Assembly (NCBI GenBank): GCA_035084275.1
Contig: CM068745.1
Location: 58,094,001 to 58,158,000 of the forward strand
Origin: Hydrolagus colliei
Lineage: Eukaryota
DNA length: 64,000 nt
Direction: 5' to 3'
Positions 38,336 to 50,798 of the stretch are shown in pieces (the stretch's first letter is position 1; each line of letters opens with the position of its first letter). Under the pieces are notes generated by a model. That model had not been told where the DNA came from, did no database searches, and saw only the letters and a program-made list of their open reading frames with translations. The position numbers were made by a program, and so were the translations under genes.

Positions 38336-39179
38336 AAACACTGGCAAAGGGTGATCAGAAGGGCAGTTAAAGTAGAAAAGATAAATTAGAACTCAGAAAT
38401 ATGATATCCTACTTTTATCCTGGGAATAGCTGATATAATTTACCAAATAAGTATCCAATTGCCCCAGTACCAACATCCTTCTGAACACCTCACAACAATG
38501 ACAAATAAAATAGTTTAAAAAATCAACTCTGCAGGTGTACCACTGCATGAATGTTTGATCCAATTGGCCTCAATACCATATACAAATGTTATCTGTATTG
38601 TATTGTAACCAAAAACTGAAAAGAAAACACCTATCACTTCTGTAATCAGAATGCTTTTTCTCCTGGTCACCAACCAAAGGGATAGATAAATGACATGTAT
38701 AGAAACTGCTGACAGCAACATTTTGTCAGAAGTTGCCAGAAGTTCCCCAGAGCAACTTGGTGAGTTGCACTTGCCTTTCCATTTCTCCCTAAAGGTAAGC
38801 ACCTGGCCTCACAGGCACAGTTACAATCCAGAATCTACAAACAAAAACTCATCCCATGGTACTGTGTGTCAGAGGCCTATTGCATCGTATTGCTTGCATT
38901 CAACAAGAAGTGATTACAATGCTACTTCGTTTTGGTAATGTACATTTTCCCGATGGATTTAGTTTGATGGAGTGATAGATAATGTTGTAAAAGTCCAAGT
39001 CAAAAGTTGATAACATTCCTGGATATGGCAGGTCACTAGTGTACCTGAAGAATATTTAGATTTTCATGAATGACAGGTATTGGATGTTAATGACTCACCT
39101 CCCTCTCCCTCTCCCCCTCCCTCACCCTTCCTGCCTACCAGCATTATTGTATCAGCTGTTGAACAAGAAATGTATAATA

Positions 39180-40108
39180 TATAACACTTGCATTTGATAT
39201 AGTATTCTTCACATCATCTAGAATCTCAACGTGCTTCACAGAATTTAACGTAAAGTGAATTGACAGTATATTTCTGTACTGAATACTGATCAGGGTGTTG
39301 ATACCTCAGAGGAGACTGGTAAAAAGCAATTGGATGAACAGGGGGAAGAGTGTAAATGTGGTTGTCATTGGGAATGTAACAGTCAAAGGTATAGAAGGCG
39401 TTTCTACAACTGAAGATGTGAGCCTCAGATGGTAAGTTGCCTCTCTGGTGCCAGGGAACATTACAGAACAGATGCATAAAATTCTACAGGGGTAGGGGAA
39501 CATCCAGAAGTAGTGATCCATGTTGGGATCCATGATGTTGGGAAAAAAAGGGCCGAGGTACTACAGGGAGAGCATCAGAAGCTGGGAAAAAAGCTAAAGA
39601 GTAGAACCTCAGAGGTGATGATCTCTGGATTACTCCCAGTGCCTCGTTCAAGTGAGTTTAAAAATGGCAGGATCAAGCACATGAATGTATGGCTGGAGAA
39701 ATGGTGCAAGAAGGAGATCTTCAGGTTCCTGGAACATTGGGACCAGTTCTGGTGCGGGTGGAACCTGTACAACATGGATGGATTACACCTCAATAGGGCT
39801 GTGACCAATGTCCTTGCAGGGAGGTTATATAGTGCCATAAGGGAGGGTTTAAACTAATTTTGAGGGGGGTAGGGAACACAAAAAGCAGTAGTCCAGAAAA
39901 AGGAGGGATAAGATGGGGGGGAAATGCACAGATCTGGATGGATTGAAATGACCAATTTATTATTAGATTTTTTTCTTGAGGGATTAGTATCAGGGGTGTG
40001 GAGTAAGGAAACTTGCCCAATGTTTCACCCTGCCGGGAATCAAACCCAGGTCTCTTAGTGTGCTCTAAGCACTGAGCTACAGGATTTGATCACCGAGCTA
40101 CAGGACTT
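39180..40108 (-). mobile_element. tRNA-headed SINE split into tail (39180-39280) and head (39938-40108)
   Basis: Tail and head are in the same orientation; the central core is replaced by CR1 ORF1 sequence. Confidence 0.75.
39340..39880 (+). pseudogene. CR1 ORF1 SGNH/GDSL esterase-domain fragment
   Basis: NVVVIG(N), then IHVGIHDVGKK..ISGLLPVPR..MNVWLEKWC..FRFLEHWDQF..LYNMDGLHLNR..GLN*, typical of the CR1 ORF1p C-terminus. Confidence 0.88.
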
Positions 40109-40436
40109 CCTGAAATTTAAGTTTCAGTTATAAAAGCAAAACAGAAACAAGCAAGGGAAGTACATCTGTTTCTTATATTGGAGCCTCAAAATACCCTGTT
40201 AGTCTTGTTTTGTTGCTTTGCGATGAGGAGTTATTATATTTATATTAGTAACTACATTGGTTTTGTTCAATCCTTTAAAGAAAGTGAATGATCCTGGTAA
40301 TGTTTGCAACAAGAATCACCAAATGGACCAGCAAGTTAATCCTATAAACAATACTGTTGGATTTGCTGAAACAGCAGGACAACAGAACACATATTTAAGG
40401 TTGTAATTTCAGGATGGACACCACCATGTGTTTAAC

Positions 40437-40655
40437 ATAAACGCAAAACACTGCAGATGCTGGAAATCTGAAACACAAACAGAAATCGCTGGGAACACTC
40501 AGCAGGTCAGGCAGCATCTGTGGAGAAAGAAAAAGTGAGTCAATGTATCGAGTCCATGACCTGACGTTCCAAGGAAGGGTTGTGGACCCGAAACGTTGAC
40601 TCACTTTCCCTTTTTCCATAGATGCTGAGTTTTCCCATCAATTTTTGTTTGTGTA
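40437..40655. mobile_element. Penelope-like repeat in inverted (palindromic) arrangement
   Basis: Left arm ..GCATCTGTGGAGAAAG..GTGAGTCAATG..GTCCATGACC; right arm GGGTTGTGGACCCGAAACGTTGACTCAC..CCATAGATGC. Confidence 0.8.
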
Positions 40656-41094
40656 CCACCATATATTTCTTCATTAGAGAATAACTGATGTATAAAAAAA
40701 TTGAGAAAAGTTAACCAGCTGAGGACAGGGCGAAAGTCTCTTTTAAAAAAAACAGCTATTGTGTGAAGGTAATAATGTGCTCTGGAAGGATTAAATGAAA
40801 TTAGCAGAATTAACTTTTACTTCCAAGACACTCTTGTGATCTTGCGATGTAACTCCAGAGAGTTATAATTCTCAAGATAAAGAATAACATTTTCCAACAA
40901 TCACTGAAATTTTCCTGCAAGAAAATGTCCCAAAGCACTTCACAGAGAGCTCATGCAGGGTGGACAATAGAGGATGCATGAGGAAGGTGGAGAAATCGGA
41001 GAGGAAGGGTCTAAATTGGTAGGAATTAGGAAATATAGAGATAAAATGCCTTAATGCTCACTCAATAATGGTGGGGGGATCGGCTACGAGCCAC

Positions 41095-41240
41095 TGAAGT
41101 CAATGGCAAGCTATGCAGCTTTAGCTGATTAGACTCCAGCACACTCTGAGGTCTTGGCTCTCGCCAATTTGCTCCTTATACTTTTGCAGAATAGGTGAGA
41201 AGGATGCATCCCTCCAGGGAAAGAATGTGCATTCTAGTCC
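41095..41240 (+). mobile_element. 3' region fragment of the RTE/RTEX-like family
   Basis: CAATGGCAAGCTATGCAGCTTTAGCT..CTCCAGCA..GAAGGATGCATCCCTCCAGG matches the reverse strand of about 48660-48800. Confidence 0.55.
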
Positions 41241-41319
41241 AACAATCTACTTCTGGAATTTCGACATGTAGGTGGGATGCTTAGAATTCTCAGTTGGGTG
41301 GGACAGTCTTAAGCATATT

Positions 41320-41730
41320 GTTGCCCCTTTGCCCCAGCCTTGCCCCTTCCTACCTCTCTGATCTGCTGACCCCCTAATCATCCACTCCGCTCCCTACATT
41401 CAGCAGGCTCCGGACTGCTCCTAGTCTCCCATCACACCCGTCCTACCATTGGTGGCCTGGGTTTCAGCCTCTCTGCCCCCACCCTTTGGAATTCCATCCT
41501 ACAATCCCTTTGCCATGCTCCCTCCCTTGCCTCCTTCAAGGCCCATCTCAAGACCCTCCTTTTTGACTAAGCATTCAGAGGTGACTGTGTGTCCTCTAAC
41601 CTCTCTGTCCACCCTCGTCCCACCACTGACCCTCCCCCATGCTTAAGTCCTGACCCCTGACAATTCAGCGTCTTGGGATGTTCTCCCAATGTGAAAGGCA
41701 TTCTACAAATGTGATGTTGTTTTGTTGCAG
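41320..41730 (+). mobile_element. L2 3' end
   Basis: CCTTGCCCCTTCCTACCTCTCTGATCTG..TTGGGATGTTCTCCCAATGTGAAAGGC..(TTG). Confidence 0.85.
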
Positions 41731-42304
41731 TTATTGGATTCCTGTATGTGTCAGATACCTGGCTGACCCCCAAAAATCTAATTAAAAACAGTGATTTGGA
41801 ATTTGCAACATTTCACAAAGCATTCTAATATATACAGGTTTTAGCTGAAAATCCTGCACATCAATCAACAGATAATTTTATACCCCAGTCTTTCTTGGAG
41901 GTGCCAATCTATGATGTTATTGTACCACTGTCCAATGACTCATTCAAGTGACCATTTTTCATTTCAGCCCAGGCGGTGACTGATAATCAGCTTGAACTAT
42001 CCCAGAAATCCTGTTGACAGATAAATCTTTAGGCAGTGACACTGTATCAGTTCCATCACACCCAAAGATGGATCTGCATTCTCATGTGAAGTTGACAAAT
42101 GAGAAGGAGAGAAAGTAAGATCTATGTTCTTAAGGGATAATGTGTCTTCAATGATAGTGGCTGAGCTTTGAACTCTTCCTCGATCGTTTGTTTTTCAAAC
42201 CATACAATGCAAAAGCAAAATGACTCTCTTGTTTCATATTATAGTCAAACCTATCTTCATCAACCACTCAGAGGACTGGGCCAAAGTGCCCTTCATATTA
42301 GGTT

Positions 42305-42588
42305 GGTCCCTGCTCCCACACTGTGGAACTCCATCCCACAGCCCCTCCGCCTTGCTTCCTCCCTTTCCTCCTTCAAGGCCGGTCTCAAGACATTCCACTT
42401 CGACCGTGCCTTCGGCTGCCCACTCTCCCACTCTCCTTCCTCTTCCTCCTACCCCGACCCTCCGCCCCCATTCGGGTCCCGACCTTCCGCCCTGTTCGGG
42501 TACCGACCTGACTGTTCAGCGCTTTGGGACATCCTCCCGATGTGAAAGACACTAGATAAGTGCAATTTTGTGGTTGTTGTTGTTGCTG
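42305..42588 (+). mobile_element. L2 3' end
   Basis: APTLWNSIPQPLRLASSLSSFKAGLKTFHFDRAF followed by a (TTG)n tail. Confidence 0.9.
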
Positions 42589-43419
42589 ATGTGTGAAATC
42601 GGCTATCCAGGCCTTTTCAGGGTGATTTTTGACATGGGTGGTTGGTGAATGGAGGTTGCACAATTTTGTATCTTAAACATTACTAAGAAGAACTTTCTTT
42701 AGTGTTATTTTCCAAATTATAGTATTTTTGGAAGTTTGGGGGAGCTGTAGGCAACACAAGGAAGTGGCAGGTTTTGAAAGCAGAGGGTTTCTGAAAAACC
42801 AAGAATGGACAAAGACAACACAAACAAAATTACACTTGTAAAGACTTCCCATGGCACTGGGCATTCAGGGATTTGGACCTGATCTGGGGTTGGAATCAGG
42901 AGGGTGGAGTGCTACTCACAGCAAAGCTCCTCAGAGTTGCTGGAATTTGCTATCCACCTAGTGAGGCTCTTATGCAAGGTAATTGGGTTTTCCAGATTTG
43001 TCAGACACCCAGCTGATGAAAAAAAAATCCGCAGAAAGATTTTTGATTCATTTAGTTTCCCTCACTCTCTTCATACAAAGTGGTTGCTGGTCTCTGAGTG
43101 CTTGGCAAGAGAAAAAAATGACTGAGCGTCTCATTGTAGCGCGTGATTGCTTCCTAACTCAATGTGTCAGAAAGCCACATGGGACAGCTCTTATTAATTT
43201 AGCTTTATCAGTGACCCAGACACTATTCAGGAAGTAGAGTATTTGAATCACAAGATGTAGTGACCACAGCACCACATTCCATCTGACCAGGAAAACAGCA
43301 GAAGCCACAACCACATTCCAGTAAATGACTTTGGACAATTACACTTTAAGGGTATGAGAACTGAATTGAATAACATAGATTGAGAGACAGTATTTATACA
43401 CAACTCACACATTCAAAAG

Positions 43420-43930
43420 ATTTTAAAGATCAAAAAATTGTGAGGTGTTTTGATAGGGTAACGAGAGAGAAGCTATTTCCATTGATAGGAGAATCCTGCA
43501 GCTCAGTGTTTAGAGCACTCGCCTCACAAGCGAGAGACCTGGATTCAATTCCAGGCAGATCAGGGTGAAACCCTGAGCAAGTTTCCTTACTCCACATGCC
43601 TAATAATAATCCCTCAAAAAAAAACAATAATAAATTGGTCACTCCAAACTACGACTGTTTGTAGGCCAATGCTATGTGTTTTGCCCATATGTATACAGTC
43701 AATGCACTTTATAGTATATTCTGTGAAGTGCTTTGAGATGTCTAGAAGACGTGAAAAGCGCTATTCCAAATGCAAGGATTATTATTAGTTAAGGGAATCC
43801 CCCAAGACTGTGAGGCATTATAAAATTGCCACAAAAGGAAAACAGGAGAATTTTGTTTTCACCGAAATATCTGTTGGGATGTGGAATGCACATCTGCATC
43901 AGTTGGTGGACCCAGAGTCCATTGTACAAC
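43420..43930 (+). mobile_element. CR1 fragment interrupted by a SINE
   Basis: KIVRCFDRVTREKLFPL before the SINE; RHYKI..FVFTE..GMWNA after it. Confidence 0.7.
43490..43788 (+). mobile_element. tRNA-headed SINE
   Basis: Head GCTCAGTGTTTAGAGCACTCGCCTCACAAGCGAGAGACCTGG and family tail. Confidence 0.9.
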
Positions 43931-44824
43931 TAATAATAATTCTCATAATTGATATAGTGCCTTACCATGTAATTGAGACTCAAACTGCTTCACAGGTTAT
44001 ACAGTAAAGAGATCGACTGCATTTTATGGTCAAAGTGTAGGTTTAACAGGAAAACAGGCATATGAAAGAGGGGCTTGAAGGGGATAAGGTGGGTTGATGG
44101 GATTAAATTGATTAACAACAACTTTTATTCATATAGCATCCTTCACACGGGGTAGCTTGATCCCCTTGCTCTGTGAATCACTAGACTTAGTGGGATGAAT
44201 GTCCTCCTTCTGTACTGTAGATTTCTATATGTTCAAGTACATCAGCAAATTTAAATGCTCCAAAATACAATTTATATTTATATAGTACAGTTCATGCTGG
44301 GACGACATATCACAGCTGTCTGGGACCCAGGACAAGAGTGAAAATCAAGGTAAAATATTATCAAGAATAATTAGGAAGATTTTCACAGCTTGTGGAGATG
44401 TGAGAGAGAACAAAAAAGAATCTGGGCATAAGACTATACAGAAGGAAATTAAAAGCGAAAGATTAGGGGCACCAAGAAAAAACTGAAAAGGAAATATAGC
44501 AGCGGATGCATACCTATCACTAAAATCACCTTATCGTATTATAACTGTGAAAGGATAATTAAAGAAGAATTGAATGAAAGGGAAACAAAGGGTATTGAAA
44601 AGGGGAGAAAGTAAACATATTTAGGTGAAATTTTAGGTGAAATTTCTTAACATAGTTGATATAATAAGTATCTGTTCAGAAATTGTATAATTCCAATTGA
44701 AAATTTCGGTCTGGTTACAACTACAAACACTCACAATTTGGGGATAATGGTTTGTCCCACACAATCTCTTTTAATGATTTTGGGGCAGACAAATATAAAA
44801 ACTATATTTTTATTGACTCACTGT

Positions 44825-45430
44825 ACAGCAACAACCACAACTTGTATTTATACAGCACCTTCACACGGGTAGTGTTTCTGAATGCTTGATATTAGTGAAG
44901 TCTGACACTAAGTCAATGGGAGAGGGAGGGGGATGTAACCATAAGTGAGACCAAAAAGGAAGAGCCTTTGGTGGGATTTGAAAGTGCGGAGGGAGGGGAC
45001 AAGACAGAAGGATTGAAGGGGACAGTTTCAGAGTTTCGGGGCATAGTGGTTGAAGACACAGCCACCAATGGTGGAGCAGAGGGGACGAGGGACAAAGAGG
45101 AGGCCCGATCCAGTCAACCAGAGGCAGTGGATGGTGAAGTGAGTGGTAAGCAAATCAAATAGGTAGGGAGGTGTGAGGGCATGTAGGGATTTGAAAACAA
45201 TCCGTTTGGTAATTGGGAGTCAGTGGAGCCTGGCATGGGCTGGTGTGATGAGGGAACGGAGGAATTTGTGCGGGAGTTTTGAATTGGTTGAATTTTGTGT
45301 ATGGTGGTGCTGGTGAGATCAGCGATGAAGGCATTGGAATAAACCAGCCAGGAAGTGACAAATGCGTGGACGAGGGTTTCGGCTGCTTTGGTTTTGAGTG
45401 AATAGTGGTGGGTAATATTTAAGTTGATTT
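44825..45430 (-). mobile_element. L2 3' portion
   Basis: [34 protein letters not shown]. Confidence 0.85.
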
Positions 45431-46014
45431 TACAGGATATCTGCTGAGTTAAGCCACTACTATATTTTCTGTTGATCAAATTCACAGTGTGGAATTTTCA
45501 GGGCTAGAGCTGTGGGCCCAATGATGACTGGTTAAGGTAACAGGGCTCTGTAGCTTTAGAAATTAGTCATTTTAAAGGGGCTCTTCTAAAGGTATACAAG
45601 TTGCTAAATGGAAAAGCAAGTCAATCCACAACACATTTTCCGATATAGCAAGGCATCAAGGCAAGGGACCATAGATTCATGGTTTTAAAGAGAAACTGCT
45701 GTGTGCATCTGGCTGCCCTGTTTAGCTCACAAAATATATTCAATTTACTTTACATTATATCATGTGAAGTGCCTTATGACGTCTCAAGCACCAAAATATA
45801 TTTATATAGAAATTTATATTAGCAGTATGAAGGTTTTATCAGGAAGTGTGATGGAGTCCTGGATGTTGGACTCACTTTATAAATAGATTGATGGGAATAA
45901 AGTTTAGTGGATATTCCAGAAATCAAACATCTTCTTTGTCTTACACCTCACAATCTTTAATGATTAATATTTATTAATTATAATATTATAATATAATTAT
46001 TATAAATCACTTTA

Positions 46015-46205
46015 AAATAATAATAATTTGGTCATTCAATCCAGGACTTTCAGTGGGATATTACTGCGTGCAATTGTCGGCCTATTTTTGTCCACAAAAT
46101 GTACCGTGAATTCACTTTCAGTAAATTCTGTGAGGCGCTTTGAGACATCTTGAAGATGTAATAAGGCACTATATCAAATGCAAGAATTATTATTATTATT
46201 GTTAT
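46015..46205 (+). mobile_element. SINE 3' half
   Basis: Family core and tail ending in (TTA)n. Confidence 0.8.
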
Positions 46206-47721
46206 TTCTTCTTGATATTATGCCTGAAATGGGCAACATAGTGCCTGACTGCTCCGAGACACTGCCCCATGTGACAGAAGCTACATAAATCCAATGTATT
46301 GTTGTTATGAACCTTACTGTTCATTTCGGGCATCAAACAAGTATTCCAAGGGACATTTGAAATTAAATGTTGGAATGGAGTATATATACTCTCTCCCTGA
46401 AAGGACATACCTGTTTACCTAATCCTAGAAAATAATAGGTTGGTGTGTGCTGAGGTTTGGGGAATCCAAGCATGTTGCTGGAGCTACTGCTAGAATTTAA
46501 CAAACTAAAATTACCCCTTTCTTTGAAGAGCACTGGTCAGCTCCCCAGTACTTTTCCACCATGCTGCCTCTTAAACCCTTAATATAAAACGGTTTTAAAA
46601 AATCGATGACATGACTCAAAAATGAAGTTTCCCTTGTTTTTCTGTCCAATTCTAAGATAAAATGCTAATTCACTTCAACAACGGTTTATAATTCACTTCA
46701 TGGCCATTTGTGTCAAAATAGGTGTCACATTTGCCTACAAAAAACGATTGCTGCACTTACCAGTAATTACCTGTGAATTTGTTTTTAGACATTTTGACAT
46801 GATAAGATGCAACACAAGTTCTTTCTTCCTACCCAGCAATTCATATTCTTTTGTGATCTAAAATGTGAGCTACTTCGGGAGCCAAAGTCTGATACTGTAT
46901 AAAGCCAAACAATTACCTCTACACAATGTTATATTTCAGTCAATTATTTGGCTGGCTCGCTTTAGATCCACTTTATGAATGAATCACTACGAACTGTTGC
47001 CCAATTCTTCCACATGCTTAATTTTTAGTGATATATGTCTGGCATTTAGCACCATACAGCTTTTAAGAACAAGTTCAATCGAATATTGATAGTGTAAGGG
47101 AATGTAGGCCCTTGCTTATGTGTAAATCTATGTTTCATCTAAGCCATGAGTAGTATTTACAGCATATGCAATTGTAAATGGTTGTCTCGACATGAAAATC
47201 ACGATATAAATGTAAATTATATTGTATTGCATACATTTCATTCAGGCTGATTGTTATTAGTTTCGACTTTACTATCTTAAATGACAATGAAACATAAATT
47301 GTTAGGTTCTGCTCACTGGAGTGCTCTGATTTGCCACGTCTACATTATTAACCATTTTTTCACTTACATTGCTTCCTGTAAAGATTACAATACATTCAGT
47401 GTTTTGGGTTTACAACAGTCTATACTGCAGATGCAAGAACTCAATCCATTTTCAGGGCTGTTTGTTGTCATGTTCCCGTAGATAGCACTGTTGTGTTTCC
47501 GGTGTTTAAAAGAAGTTTAATCACTGGCTTTTGATGAATTTATTCAGATCAAATCTCACACAGACATGATATCATTTAAAAAGAACATTGTTTGGCATTC
47601 CCTAAATATTTTAAATATTTTGATATCACCCGCTCTGAAAATGGTCAATGCTAGAGCAATCATTCCTTTCCTGAATCATTAAAACAACTGGGAGCTTCGA
47701 TGATAAAAAAAAATGCCAGAA

Positions 47722-47812
47722 TCGCTCTTTTCAAAGAGCCGGCACAGACTAGATGGGCCGAATGGCCTCCTTTTGTGCCGTAAAATTCTATGAATCTATG
47801 AATCTATGAATT
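47722..47812 (+). mobile_element. CR1 3' tail
   Basis: GATGGGCCGAATGGCCTCCTTTTGTGCCG followed by the 8-bp repeat (TCTATGAA)3. Confidence 0.85.
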
Positions 47813-47839
47813 ACTGTATACAGCAATGATAATAGTAAC

Positions 47840-48216
47840 TAGTATCCTCTCACTCGTTTTCAAATACTTTAATGCCCTGGCACTTCCCTATCTATCCGAT
47901 TTGCTTATCCCACCCACACCACTATCTGCTGCCTCTGCTCAACCAGCTCTGGCCTCCTATTCATCCCTTGAATTCTCCATGATCGGCAGCCATGCTTTCA
48001 GCCACTATACCCTGAAGCTCTGGAACTGCCTCCCTCAATCCATCTGCTTTCCAATCTACGTTCCCAATTTCACATCCAGCCTGTAGACCTTCCTTTTTGA
48101 TCGTGCTGACGGTCACCTACCCACTCCCCCAGCTCGGTGTCCGGCTCTGCCCCTGTCAAGTGCTCCAGGTTGCTACCATTCGTGAAGGACGCTATATGAA
48201 TGCAAGTTGTTGTTGG
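47840..48216 (+). mobile_element. L2 3' end
   Basis: ILSLVFKYFNALALPYLSDLL..HAFSHYTLKLWNCLP followed by a (TTG) tail. Confidence 0.85.
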
Positions 48217-49448
48217 CTTCCAAGTGCCAGTATCTGATAAATATAAAGCTCCTAGTAAGAGCAGACTCATTTATTCAAGGCCAAATTATCTAAATGAAGC
48301 TCATTTGTCTGAAACACTGCTTTCGTGTTTTGCCGCAGTTCAGGATACCATGATATTCAAATTCAAGCTCAATTTACTCCTCTTCAAATGCCCAAATCAC
48401 TTTGACCCAAAGCAAACATTTGTTCAGCATAATGTATATTTTTGAAATTACACTATAACCCCTTACTCTTCAGAGATGAGCAATTACATATGAAGGGCAA
48501 GTTGCTTGATAAAGAACAAAGTGAAGCATTATAAATTTCTCTTTTGGGTGACCAGTGGGTATTCAGCTGTATTTGATAACCGAAAGTGCGATCCAAGTGG
48601 TAAGTCTTGGATGAGACAAGGTTGACCGTGTGGGCATTGTTACTTTTGATGTATACGCTCTTCCTGGAGGGATGCATCCTTCTTATGTAATCCCAGAGAG
48701 TATTAGTCTCTGTTTGTCAAGAGATAAGGCTTGTGGACCCCAGTCTTAGGATACTGCTGGAGCATATCGAGCTAAAACCACACAGCGTGCCTTTGAGAGC
48801 ACTACCAAGGAAACATTCCTGCTATTTATCCAGTAGTATCACCCTGAGAAGTGCTTCGTTAAGATTTTGGCCTACACGGTTAACAGCAGGTTTGGCTTGA
48901 ATGGTTAATGGGAGCTGAGTGGGTCCCTGCCCTCAGTGATGAGTCTACCTTTCCAAGTTCTGCCGATGCAACAATGCTGGCAATGAGGCTGTGCTGTCAT
49001 CAGCAGTATTCTGCAGATCTGCCAGGCTCAGGAACCGGATGACCGAGACCACCACAGAGGATGGGCTCAATTTTGAAATTTGCTTGCCCAACATGTCACC
49101 AACATGCCTGTTCAAATCAATGGAGAACCCACTGACCTCCTTCCCAAGGTGGACAGTCACTAGGTGGCCATTTTATATCTGACAAATGCGTGTTTGAGAC
49201 TTCATTTGCTGCATGCTAGGTACCAGGAACTCCTTGCAAGCTTCTTGGCTTGAAATGTGCAAGAGAATTGCCACCATCGTTCTGCCCATAGCTTGCAGAT
49301 GTGGAGTTTAAGTAGCAGCTGCTTACCTTTCCGTAATCCAATCAAGATGGATTCCAAGCAATGGATATACAAATGAATATTCACAAACTCAGACTCCAAC
49401 AAAAGTCTTTCAACAGCTATCACCCCATGACTCAGAGTTTTCTCATAT

Positions 49449-50798
49449 GGTCTTTTTAATTTATATTAATGATCTGGACTTAGGTATAGGGCGAACCATT
49501 TCCAAGTTTGCAGATGACACAAAATTAGCAAAAATAGTCCAGTAAAACCCTGTTTATCCGTGACTCGATCAATCGGATTGCTCGACCCCCTCCTGGGACA
49601 ATTTCCCATTCCAGCAATTGCGAGTATGCTCACTTTGCACATGTGCACAATGCGTGCGTACGCACACTTATTAAACTTACGAACTTGGAGGTTTTTACCA
49701 ATCGGTAAAAAATACTTTTTTATCGATCTTTTACCGAGTGTGCTGGAATCTTTATTGGTAAGTAACCATGCAATATTCTGTTACTGTTTAGTATATTATT
49801 AATATGTATTAATATGGGGTATGTTTTAAAATAAGTTAATTTTTTGTGTTGGGTTTTTGGCAACTTGCCGCCCAATTATCCGGCACAGTCAATTAGTCGA
49901 CCCCCTGGAGCATGCCAGCTAAACAGGCTTTTACTGTAAATAGTGAGGAGAATAGTAGCCATCTGCAAGAAGATATAGATAGAATGGTAAAATGGGCAGA
50001 CATATGGCAGATGAAGTTCAATGTGGAGAAATGTGAAGTGATGTATTTTAGGAGGAGGAATGAGGAGAAGCAATATAGGCTAGACAATTTTAAGGGGTGT
50101 GAAGGAACAGAGAGACCTAGAGTTTGTGTAAGTGAATCTTTGAAAGCGGCAGGACAGATAGATAAAGCTGTTAACTTTATACATAGGGGCACAGAGTACA
50201 AAAGTCAGGAAGTTGTGACTAACCTCTATAAAATTTTGGTTAGGCCTCAGCTAGAGTATTGTGTACAATTCTAGTCACCACAATTTAGGAAGGATGTTAA
50301 GGCATTGGAAAGGGTGCGGAGGAGATTTACCAGGTTGGTACCAGAAATGAGGGTCTTCAGTTATGAGGAAAGGCTAGAGAGGCTAGGTTTATTCTCATTG
50401 GAACAGAGAGGGTTCTGAGAAGACCTAATAGAGGTTTTCAAGATTATGAAGGAATTCGATAGGGTAAACAGGAAAACCTGTTTCCACCGGTGAGTGTGTC
50501 AGTGACCCGAGGTCACAGAATTAAAATATTTTCTGAAAAAAGCAGAGGGGACGTGAGGAAAAATGTTTTCACTCAGCAAACTGTTCAAATCTGGAATGCA
50601 TTGCCTGAAAAGCTGGAGGAGGCCGATTTGATAACAACTTTTAAAAGAGAAGTAGATGTTTATTTGGGGGAGGACGGGTTTGTGCGGTTATGGGGAGAGA
50701 GCTGTGGAGTGGGATAGAGTTGCTCTTTTTAAAAAGCCGGCATACTCGATGGGCGAAATGGCCTCCTTTTGTGCCGTAAGATTCTATCTGCTATCTGG
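49449..50798 (+). mobile_element. CR1 LINE, 5'-truncated
   Basis: IYINDL..KFADDTKL; LQEDIDRMVKWADIWQMKFNVEKCEVM; LYKILVRPQLEYCVQF; 3' UTR GGGCGAAATGGCCTCC; possible TSD CATAT. Confidence 0.95.
49540..49936. mobile_element. CAGTAAAA-TIR MITE inserted in the CR1 RT
   Basis: CAGTAAAACCCTGTTTA ... TAAACAGGCTTTTACTG|TA; removing it restores FADDTKLAKIV-NSEE. Confidence 0.9.

Noticed and set aside
38515-38620. Minus-strand exon after a strong TTTTCTTTTCAG acceptor
   Set aside because: Two frames stop quickly; the third gives an unrecognised peptide with no convincing donor.
39513-39857. Host GDSL lipase/esterase gene
   Set aside because: Motifs and the terminal GLN* fit CR1 ORF1p; the upstream part is frameshifted and there is no exon structure.
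48900-49420. DIRS RNase H or host exon on the plus strand
   Set aside because: The minus strand fits better, as the C-terminus of the non-LTR ORF2, collinear with the RT motifs at 51400-52050.
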